From: Bdellovibrionales bacterium
GTDB taxonomy: Bacteria; Bdellovibrionota; Bdellovibrionia; Bdellovibrionales; JAKFYE01
Direction: 5' to 3'
DNA length: 64,000 nucleotides
Assembly: GCA_965206675.1 (NCBI GenBank)
Contig: CBDBKL010000006.1
Coordinates: 75,834 to 139,833, forward strand
The stretch's first letter is position 1. The number at the start of each line of letters is the position of its first letter. The notes below the pieces were generated by a model. The model saw only the letters and a list, made by a program, of their open reading frames with translations. It was not told the origin of the DNA and made no database searches. A program made the translations under genes and the position numbers. Shown piece after piece: positions 20,276 through 29,152 of the stretch.

Positions 20276-21766
20276 TTAGTAACAGAACCTTCTGATTAGC
20301 TTTTGCTTCACCACAGTCAATAACCCGCCCCTGTGTTTTATAGAAAGTTCACTGGATTTTTTTCCACCTCTAATTTTTAGAAAATCATTAGTAAAAATAC
20401 TATTGCTAACCTCTAAAGGTGTTTCTCCTCTTTCATTTACAGCATTAATTTTTACTCCCTTTTCAAGAACGGTTGTTACCACTTCGGCCACTCCCCTTTC
20501 CTGGTCACTCGTACTCCCCCCACTAGATGCCACCGCTAGATGTAAAACTGTGTATCCATACATAGATCGATTATCAGTCACATCCCCACCATTATTCAGC
20601 ATAGACATAAATGCATCTTTTACACCATCGTGTCTTACATAGAATGCAGCCAACAGAAATGGAGTCTCAGCATAATCACTATTCCCTCCACCAGCATTTG
20701 GATTTGCACCATGCTTAAGAAGTATATCCACGCTTTGTTTTCGTAGTGACGGAGAATTAAAATCTTTATCTACAATTCTATATAAAGGCGTATTATTAGA
20801 ACTATCCCTCACATTAGGATTAGCTCCCTTTTTAAGTAACACATCCAACACTTCCGGTCTATCGAGTGCCGAATGAACAAGAAAAGAATACTCTCTTATA
20901 TCTATGTTTTCAGATTCAATAATGGACTCAACTTTTTCTGATTGATTATCATGAACAGCAAAAACAAGTTCTTTCAAACCAACCCTATCCCTATCTGAAG
21001 TTGACAACCTATAAGCCATCAATAGATCTTTAAGACGACTTCTTGCCGCTAAAGCCTCTGGTGTGTACCCATGTTTATTTAGGGCTTTAATATCCGCTCC
21101 CCGCTCAATAAGTTCCAATGCCACCTTACTTAATTCTACATCCATTCGTGGAGTGTTAGCTCTAGTCCACCGGTCAAAAGAAGCAGCCACATGGTGCAAA
21201 GCTGTCTTTTTATTCACGGATCGATTATCAGCTACATCTCCACCATTATTAAGCATAGCCATAAACGCAGGACTGACAGTTTCCGTCCCTATGTAGAATG
21301 CAGCTAACAAAAATGGAGTCTCAGAATAAGGGCTACCTTTTCCTTTGGCATTCGGATCAGCCCCATACTTAAGAAGTATATCCACACTTTCTAGCCATTT
21401 TTCTATTCGACCAACTGTTCTATAAGATGACACTGTAGTAATAAGCCCTATAATTTCATATAAGGGCGTATTATTATTAGACCCCACTCTCACATCAGGA
21501 TCGGCCCCCTTTTCAAGTAACACCTCCAACACTTGCGGTCTATCAAAAGCCGAGTGGATAAGATAAGAATACTGTTTCATATCTATGTCTTCAGATTCAA
21601 GAATGGACTTAACTTTTTCTGGTTCATTGTTATGAATAGCAAGAACAAACTCACCCAAAGCTGCATCCGAAGGCCCTTGCGTGATGTTAGCCGACTCTGC
21701 TTGTAATATAATAGAAAATATAAAAACAAAGATAAGTCCCACCGACTTCATCTTAATAGCCTCCAA
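20276..21766 (-). CDS. Ankyrin-repeat protein, tandemly duplicated two-module member of the family
   Basis: 496 aa. Leader MKSVGLIFVFIFSIILQA, so the likely start is a few codons inside the track ORF. Two collinear modules, each containing ..LEVLLEKGADP.., ..ILLK.GA.PNA.., ETPFLLAAFY and MLNNGGDV.DNRS. Confidence 0.9.
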   Translation of the reverse strand: MEAIKMKSVGLIFVFIFSIILQAESANITQGPSDAALGEFVLAIHNNEPEKVKSILESEDIDMKQYSYLIHSAFDRPQVLEVLLEKGADPDVRVGSNNNTPLYEIIGLITTVSSYRTVGRIEKWLESVDILLKYGADPNAKGKGSPYSETPFLLAAFYIGTETVSPAFMAMLNNGGDVADNRSVNKKTALHHVAASFDRWTRANTPRMDVELSKVALELIERGADIKALNKHGYTPEALAARSRLKDLLMAYRLSTSDRDRVGLKELVFAVHDNQSEKVESIIESENIDIREYSFLVHSALDRPEVLDVLLKKGANPNVRDSSNNTPLYRIVDKDFNSPSLRKQSVDILLKHGANPNAGGGNSDYAETPFLLAAFYVRHDGVKDAFMSMLNNGGDVTDNRSMYGYTVLHLAVASSGGSTSDQERGVAEVVTTVLEKGVKINAVNERGETPLEVSNSIFTNDFLKIRGGKKSSELSIKHRGGLLTVVKQKLIRRFCY

Positions 21767-21843
21767 GCTTCATTATTTTTGATAAGTCTCATAATGACGG
21801 CAACCAACTCTATAGATTTCTCTTTATTAATGCAAGGAGTTCT

Positions 21844-22800
21844 TTAAGAAAAGCAACGACTTCGTGCTATACGAGGGAGAGGGTTTACACCTTTAGAGCC
21901 TTCTCCTCTACCAGTTTGTATCCAAAACCTTTCTATCTCTTCCAGAGATACATCACTTCTATTTGCTCCGGCCTTAACCAATAATTTTATAACTTCTGCT
22001 GGAACATCAAAAAACACAGCATAATCTAGAGGAGTTATTCCTCCTCTATCTATTACATTGACATCAACTTTTAGTTCAATCAACTTACTAACAATATGTA
22101 ATCGATCATGAGATTTATTAGTAAACTCCCCTGAATATATAACAGCTAGATGCAGAGGTGCCATACCCGCAGCAAAATTTCTTACTCCTGGTTTAGCTCC
22201 GGCTTTAATTAAATAAACAACATTTTCAAAGGCTCCTGATTCAACGGCTGCATGTAAGGGTGTATCTCCATATCGATTTTCTATAGTATGTATATCGACC
22301 TCTTGTTTAAGAAGTAAACGCAAAACTCCATTACCTATTGGAAAAGAAGAAACATGGTGAACAAGTGAAATCCCTCTACTATCGCTTACATTTTTATTGG
22401 TTTTTGCATCCTTTAAAAGAAGGTTAAAAATATCCCAGCGAGGTCCACTATTCCGCCGCAATTGCTCTGACTGTATGAGAAAAAGATTTGCAGCGCGATA
22501 TAAAGGAGTCCAACGACTAAAAACATGGGAGCTCAAATAGGCCATCTCTTTGGCTGCTTCACCAGCATGAATAGGATTAGAATGCACTTCTTCTTTTAGA
22601 ATGGCTGCGCTTGTTCTTTGAATATCCATTTTTAAATCTATTCCACCGCTTTCAATACCGGCTTTAACTATTTTAACATCTTCTATTTCACCCCTTTCAA
22701 TAGCCATAAGAAAATCTCTCTGACTGATCTTCTGTCCCTCTGCTTCTGCATGAATCCAAAGAGAGAATATAAAAACAAAGATAAAAGCTAGATGTTTCAT
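21844..22800 (-). CDS. Ankyrin-repeat protein with N-terminal signal peptide
   Basis: 318 aa. Leader MKHLAFIFVFIFSLWIHA. ANK repeats GDTPLHAAVESGAFENVVYLIKAGAKPGVRN and GMAPLHLAV. Confidence 0.88.
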   Translation of the reverse strand: MKHLAFIFVFIFSLWIHAEAEGQKISQRDFLMAIERGEIEDVKIVKAGIESGGIDLKMDIQRTSAAILKEEVHSNPIHAGEAAKEMAYLSSHVFSRWTPLYRAANLFLIQSEQLRRNSGPRWDIFNLLLKDAKTNKNVSDSRGISLVHHVSSFPIGNGVLRLLLKQEVDIHTIENRYGDTPLHAAVESGAFENVVYLIKAGAKPGVRNFAAGMAPLHLAVIYSGEFTNKSHDRLHIVSKLIELKVDVNVIDRGGITPLDYAVFFDVPAEVIKLLVKAGANRSDVSLEEIERFWIQTGRGEGSKGVNPLPRIARSRCFS

Positions 22801-22959
22801 AGGAAGAACTCCTATCTAAAATAAGCTGCCCGATCAAAAATAAATCAACCGACTAAAAATTATACAATAATTATAGTTTTTACTTTTATATCGAATACAA
22901 AACTTATTCATGATATACTTACTTTAATACCCCCAACTGTAAAAATCACCGGAGTATCA

Positions 22960-23913
22960 TTGAAAGCGTTTACGATTTTTATTTTTACAGCCTTACTCAC
23001 GACTCTTCCGTTATCAGCAAATGATAACGATATGAGTGATAAAGAGCTTGCATTACAGATCATTGAAGAAAAGACACCTGAGTTCCCTATTCAAGAACAA
23101 ACATTTATCCAGACATCATTAGTGTCAAATCCAGAATTAAATATAGAGCATTATTATCAAGAGATGTCTGCAGAACGTTTCCTTCAAGTCCTTAGAGATG
23201 GATGGTTAGATAATTTAGAAGATAATATGCTAAAAAAACTTGAAGCTAAAATAAAGGAGCAATTTCCACAAAACTCCCAACAATCGCAACAAATTATATT
23301 AGAATCTTTAAAACCAACTGTTAAAATACTATCTTCAAGAACATCTACTGTGCTTTCAGAAGTACTCCCTGCCAAAAGCTATCCTGCAAGATTTATAGTC
23401 ATAACTAACACTATATTTCTAGGTTTTTTTGAAAGAGAGGCTCTAAGTAACAGCAATAGTATACTCACAGCCCTACTCTTACCTAAAGAAATGATTTCAA
23501 CTCGCAGGCTTTCACTCCAACAAAAAAAAGATCTTCTAAGGCGTGCATCGAATGAACATTTGGAAAATTATTCTAGAAACACATATTTGTTTAGACAAAT
23601 GTTAAGTGAACCTGACATAGCCGGAGATCCTGAAGCCCGTCAGATGCTTGAACGATTGGAACGTATAGAAAGAAGAACCCTCGAAGAAGCCGCTCAAAAA
23701 TCTTATGATGTAGCACTTGAAACTGCTCTTTCTTCTCCGCAAACAGATAATATCATGGAATTTACAACAATAGCTGTGGACATTTATCAGAGAGAATTTA
23801 AAAAACACGCAGATGAATGGGGCAAAACAGTTAGAAGAACATTTGAGAATATGAGATCCCCTGAAGAATTGAAGGAAAAATCACAAAAGGAGCCAAACAG
23901 TTGCCCTTATTAA
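22960..23913 (+). CDS. Hypothetical secreted protein
   Basis: 317-aa ORF with leader FTIFIFTALLTTLPLSA. Helical and charged composition. No family recognised. Confidence 0.6.
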   Translation: MKAFTIFIFTALLTTLPLSANDNDMSDKELALQIIEEKTPEFPIQEQTFIQTSLVSNPELNIEHYYQEMSAERFLQVLRDGWLDNLEDNMLKKLEAKIKEQFPQNSQQSQQIILESLKPTVKILSSRTSTVLSEVLPAKSYPARFIVITNTIFLGFFEREALSNSNSILTALLLPKEMISTRRLSLQQKKDLLRRASNEHLENYSRNTYLFRQMLSEPDIAGDPEARQMLERLERIERRTLEEAAQKSYDVALETALSSPQTDNIMEFTTIAVDIYQREFKKHADEWGKTVRRTFENMRSPEELKEKSQKEPNSCPY

Positions 23914-24100
23914 AGAGTTTAAAATAATGACTCGATTGCGTATATTCAATTAACCTGCACAACAAAATGTTTATCAACAAGCAACCACCCGATACTTTCA
24001 AATCACCCATCCTCTCAAAAAATACAAAAATAATAAAAGTATAAATAATTGATTTAGCTATGTTTTTTATATTCATGTAGTCTATTGACTACAAAACTTT

Positions 24101-24604
24101 CTAGACTGTGGATTCTGGTGGGCATTTTGAGCGGCATTCGAAGCAATAGCCCTGTAGTTCCATAAGATGATCTGTGAGGATAAATCCAAGTTTTTCAGCA
24201 ATATCTTTTTGTAGTTTTTCGATTTGGGAGTTGTAAAACTCACTGATGCGTCCACAGTGTAGACAAACCATATGATCGTGATGTCCCCCTTCGATGAGTT
24301 CGTACCGAGCGGGCATATTATTAACTCGGGTTTCACTGATAATTTTATTTTCAACAAGTCTTTTTAGGAAACGATAAATTGTAGCAAATCCGATGCTGGA
24401 ATCAACGGGATGTATACATTCATAGAGTTCTTGAGCGGTGATATGCTTTGGCATTTTGTAGAGATAGCTAAGTATTGTAATTCTCTGTTCTGTCACTTTT
24501 AGTCCCATTTTTCGAATCATACGTTTATGATCTTCTTCTGATCGTTTTGGTAAGTGAGGTAGTTCTTTTATTTGATGATTGTTTAAAAAGCGGTGTGTCT
24601 CCAT
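24101..24604 (-). CDS. Fur-family metalloregulator (Fur/Zur/PerR not distinguishable)
   Basis: 167 aa with GLKVTEQRITIL, HHDHMVCLHCGRISEF and a C-terminal CFEC pair, the classic Fur-family DNA-binding and metal-site motifs. Confidence 0.88.
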   Translation of the reverse strand: METHRFLNNHQIKELPHLPKRSEEDHKRMIRKMGLKVTEQRITILSYLYKMPKHITAQELYECIHPVDSSIGFATIYRFLKRLVENKIISETRVNNMPARYELIEGGHHDHMVCLHCGRISEFYNSQIEKLQKDIAEKLGFILTDHLMELQGYCFECRSKCPPESTV

Positions 24605-24895
24605 AATTTTCCTCTAATCTCTTACATGTGTTTTTATCTCTGCCGAACTCGTGGTGGCCTTGAAAGCACAACACTATTTGGACTTTCTGGCCGTTTATGT
24701 CAATTGAATAATGACATTCACTTTCAATAAGCATCCCCCTCCCCTCAAGATAAACTAAAAAGTTTTAGATGAAGTATAGGAAATAGTAATTTATACAAAT
24801 GCTAAGGAACTCGAGGATAAAAGAATTCTTAGCTTGAGATTATTAATTGCCGAAGGAAAGCCAAAATACTAAGCTGCGTCAACCCAAGGGAAACT

Positions 24896-25249
24896 ATGAA
24901 GAAAAGCCAATATAAAGGACATTCTTTCGAATTTTTAGTTTTAGAACATAGGCCAGAGGGTGAAACTGACGGACCTGCTTCCAGAGTATTGTCATGTCTT
25001 ACTTTTTCAAAAATTGAAATGCTTCTAAAGGGTCAACCAAGATTTGATACTTTCCCTGTAACACTTTCCGCTCCACAAGATGGAACTAAGATAGATGCTA
25101 ATGTTGAAGTCATTAGCGGTGACGGTAAGACTTTTAAGGTTAAATTTTTAAACCCATCTAAAGAACTTTTAAAAAAACTTTCTTGGTGGGATGAAGCTAC
25201 AGTTCAGCCTGCTCCTTCGCCTTCCCAAAGTGAGGATATCGTCGTTTAA
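24896..25249 (+). CDS. Hypothetical protein
   Basis: 117-aa ORF with no recognisable motif. Its 3' end overlaps the convergent type IIG gene by about 50 nt. Confidence 0.4.
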   Translation: MKKSQYKGHSFEFLVLEHRPEGETDGPASRVLSCLTFSKIEMLLKGQPRFDTFPVTLSAPQDGTKIDANVEVISGDGKTFKVKFLNPSKELLKKLSWWDEATVQPAPSPSQSEDIVV

Positions 25250-28134
25250 ACCAAGTTCTAACTTCTAAAATATCATCTTCATCCAAACCATAAAGCTCAT
25301 TCACAAAAGGCTCTACTAATTCATCTACCTTTCCAGTAAGCCCCCTTTCTCCATAATGTTTTTCCTTTATTTGAAGAACAGAATCACAAATCATTTCTGC
25401 TTTTCGTAATTGTGCTTTTGTAGGAATCACTATAGGCAAATAGTGGAAGTAGTTTGTCATAAAATCCACTGTGTTTTGGACAAAGTTTTTTGCAAAATAT
25501 CTCATTAAATGAGAGCATAAAATAATTAACAAATATTTATTTAATCTTTGATCAAATGGTAAAATTAAATTTTCCTTTACCCCAAAAACACCACCAAAAC
25601 TCAATCTATAAGTTGGAGCGTATAAACCTGTGACCGTACAAGCAATTCCTGTTTGGAAATAATATTTCGCATTTTGAAAGCGAGGTTTTTTAGGGGTACC
25701 AGGAGGCCATTTATTTCTTTTTTTCAAAGTTCGAACAGATTTTTCCGACCAATCAATCCAATAATCTATAGGTTTCCAAAAATTGTTTAACTCCCCACCT
25801 CTTGTATCTTGCTCCCCTCCCTTATCAAAAGGAATAAAATATCGGTCTGAATCAAAATCTAATACTTTTATTCCATTGTTCTTTTCATCTTCCGTTAAAG
25901 AAGATAGCATAGAGGAAGAAATAATATTTTTCTCTGATACATCTAAAATGTTTTTCCTTCTAGGGTTAGCTTGAATCCCTTTTGATTTTCTTAAAAAGTT
26001 TTTATCGTCTGCTGTAGCTAACCCTTGCATAACAGAAGCCAATTGCCAAAGTTTTGCAACAAGAATACCCCCCCCCTTTTTTTTTCTTCTTACCAATAAG
26101 CAATCAATTTTTTTCTCTAACAATTTTGTTTTTGAACTTAAAATATTTTTTCCCATAGGAAGATCAGAACAAAACAAAGCTAATGAAGCATTTCCACAAA
26201 GAATAGGGTGAGTACAGTCTTGTTGATTTAAAAGACTCCTACTTGGAAATTCCCCTTTGAGTTTTTCTCTTTTTATACGTGGATTTTTTAATCTTAAATA
26301 AGAAAGCGCATAAGGAATTTGATAAGAATATAACTTACTCTTTTCGATTTTATTATGCTCTTTTTGTAAATAAGATAGCGCGAATTCATACTCTTTATCT
26401 CTAGGATGAATAGGCCATGCATCTGTAAATCTATAATAAGACGATTCCCTTTCTTTTTCTGCAACAGGTGTTTTTTTTAATAGAAAATATACAAGGAAAA
26501 ACGTCTCTCCCTAGGAAGGCATTTCTATGTAATTGAAATATATTTTGAATCTTTGATCTCTTAAAAATTTCTTTTCTTAATTCTTCATTTATTTTAGTCA
26601 TTAAAAAAGTATTACTAAGAATAAAGAACAGATTTCCACCCTCTTTTAAAATATTTATGCTTTGAAGTATGAAATAACTATAAGAGTCCTTACCTCCTAA
26701 ATTATATTGATTTTTAATCGCCTCAGTGACTTTAACACCATATGGTGGGTTTCCAATTATTAAATCGGGAATAAATCCTTCAATTTGAGAAAATAACCCA
26801 CTATCTAAAAAATCCCTGGAGTTAACAATTTTACCAAAATCAAATTTCCCTTTAGGAGCAATAGCATTCCATACGCCCGGTGTTGAATATAGTTCCAAAA
26901 ACATTCCAAGTTGTGTTGTTTGAACAGCAAAAGGATCAATATCTATTGCTTGTATATGAGACATTGTACTTTTGTGAGCTTCAATGACTTTATTTGGTCC
27001 TCCGGACTTCCCTAGATAAGCATTTTTCACCCTCTCATATACTTCACGAACAAAATGCCCCGAACCACAAGCCGGTTCCATAATTTTTTTATTTTTCCAA
27101 GTGCCTAAAGTATTTTCAGCACTATTGACCATTGCTTTAACAATTTCAGGGGGAGTATAGACATTTCCAAGTGATTTAACTTGAAGATCAAGTTCTTCCG
27201 ATTTAACTAACCCATCCCAAATATCTCCTATCGGATTGCCGCGCCCTTCAAATACGAGAGCCTGAGTGATAGAGGCACTGCTCATAATTTCAGAAACAAA
27301 CTTTTCACACCAGTCAGAAAGTTCTAAAGCATCATAAGGATCAGCTTTTAAGATTCCAGGAAAATTCTTGGCCCATTTCTTAATCTCTTGTTTAAATTTC
27401 TCTGGAAAAGTAACGTCCTTTCTATCAGTAAAAATTTTTATGAATAATATTTTTAAAGTTAGAGAAAGAGCTACACTCGATAAAATACTTTTGATGACTA
27501 CATCCTCTTTAACCTTTTCTAGAGATGCATCAACAAAAGATTTTCTTGTATGCAAAATTTTATCAAAATCCTTTTTTCGTTTACCCAGTTTTGCACTCGC
27601 AAATTTATATTCTATTGGAAAGTATTGGTCAGTTAGATCTTCAAATATAACCTCTCTAACTTTTTTGAGAAGTTTAATTGTTTGATTTAAGGTGAGCTGC
27701 TCAGTTAATAGCCCTGACCCTTTTTGCTGCAAAGCTTTCTCCCAAGAAATAGGGTCACAGGGGGCATAAGAAAACTCTTCACTCTTATCTTTTAATCGTT
27801 TATACCACTTATGTTCGACTCCATTTGACAATAGTGCATAAGGGGGAGGAATAGGGAAAGAATCGCCTAAACAATAATCAAATAACTGATCGACATCTCT
27901 CTTAACGAGTTTATGTTTTTCCCTTTTAGCCTCTACTAGAAGAATAATGCCTGTTTGATTTTTAAAACCTCCATCATAAGGCCCCTTCTGCTGACCTCTT
28001 TTCCTTACGTAGGTTTGTTCATCAAAAAATCTACTTCTTCTTCTTGGATATCCTAATTCATCCTCAAGATAGGGATATATCAATTTGCTGAAAGTATTAA
28101 ATTCATTCCATCCTTGTTTTGACATCTGAGCCAC
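25197..28134 (-). pseudogene. Type IIG restriction-modification enzyme (nuclease + N6-adenine methyltransferase + specificity region), split by a frameshift at a homopolymer
   Basis: The upstream ORF (26431..28134) has the nuclease-like D..LLVEAKRE, the SAM block IMEPACGSGHF and the catalytic LIIGNPPYG. The downstream ORF (25197..26177) is in the adjacent frame, which is open from about 26470. The frame switch coincides with T8 at 26471..26478; removing one base fuses everything into about 980 codons. Confidence 0.8.
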
Positions 28135-28194
28135 TTTTCTTTATTTTTCAATCAAAGTAAGGAAAAAAGTATTATTTATAAGGAATTCTAAAAT

Positions 28195-29073
28195 ATGGCA
28201 AGTATGAAGATATCGTCGGTTGATGGAAACAGTCAGTGGTTAGATGGGGGCTCGATGTTTGGAAACGCTCCACGAGCTGTTTGGGAGAAGTGGATACAGG
28301 TGGACGAGAAGGGCCGGATTCCTTTAGCTTGTCGTTCTCTACTTTTAGAAGTGGAGGGTAAGAAGGTTCTTTGTGAGACAGGTATAGGGGCTTTTTTTGA
28401 TCCTAAGTTAGCGGACCGTTTTGGAGTACAGGATAAAGAGACGCATAAGCTTTTAGAAAACTTAAACTCTTTAGGCCTTCAGGAAGAAGACATAGATTAT
28501 GTGATTTTGTCGCACTTACATTTTGATCATGCAGGGGGATTGTTACCGACGTTTAAGGAGATAGAGGCGGGTGATTCACGTTTACTGTTTCCAAAGGCAA
28601 AGTATTTTGTGGGAAAGGTGGCCTTTGAGCGTGCGGAGAATCCACATGTTAGAGATCGGGCTTCATTTATTCCACAGTTAACGGAAAAGTTAAAAGCCAG
28701 TGGTCGATTAGTTATCATAGAAAACTCTGGTGTTTGTGATGAACTTCCTGGAAAGATAGAGTTTCGTTTTTCAAATGGTCACACGCCGGGACAGATGCAT
28801 ACGGTTTGTCACTCTGGAGATACGGCAGTGGTTTTTGCTGGGGATTTGGTTCCGGGAACACAGTGGGTCCATTTACCAATAACGATGGGTTATGATCGTT
28901 ATGCGGAGATGGTGATTAACGAGAAGGAAGAGTTATACAGAGATGTTGTGAGTAAGGGGTGGTGGATTTTTTACACTCATGACAATGAGTATTCGTATTC
29001 GAGAGTTGAAAATAAAGAAGGGCGTTTTATTCCTGTGGATTTGAAAAAACAAGTGGCTCATTTAGAGTTATAG
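28195..29073 (+). CDS. MBL-fold metallo-hydrolase
   Basis: 292 aa with the HxHxDH motif ILSHLHFDHAGG and downstream His/Asp ligands. Confidence 0.85.
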   Translation: MASMKISSVDGNSQWLDGGSMFGNAPRAVWEKWIQVDEKGRIPLACRSLLLEVEGKKVLCETGIGAFFDPKLADRFGVQDKETHKLLENLNSLGLQEEDIDYVILSHLHFDHAGGLLPTFKEIEAGDSRLLFPKAKYFVGKVAFERAENPHVRDRASFIPQLTEKLKASGRLVIIENSGVCDELPGKIEFRFSNGHTPGQMHTVCHSGDTAVVFAGDLVPGTQWVHLPITMGYDRYAEMVINEKEELYRDVVSKGWWIFYTHDNEYSYSRVENKEGRFIPVDLKKQVAHLEL

Positions 29074-29152
29074 GATTTTTTATAATAGTGTTCATGAATA
29101 TATATTTAGTATTTCATAGAGCCATATTTGAATGTTAATGAGATTAAGTTTT

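Noticed and set aside
24082-24734. ORFs 24082..24357 (-) and 24525..24734 (-) overlapping the Fur-family gene
   Set aside because: They are alternate-frame overlaps of a gene with clear family motifs. Nothing supports them.
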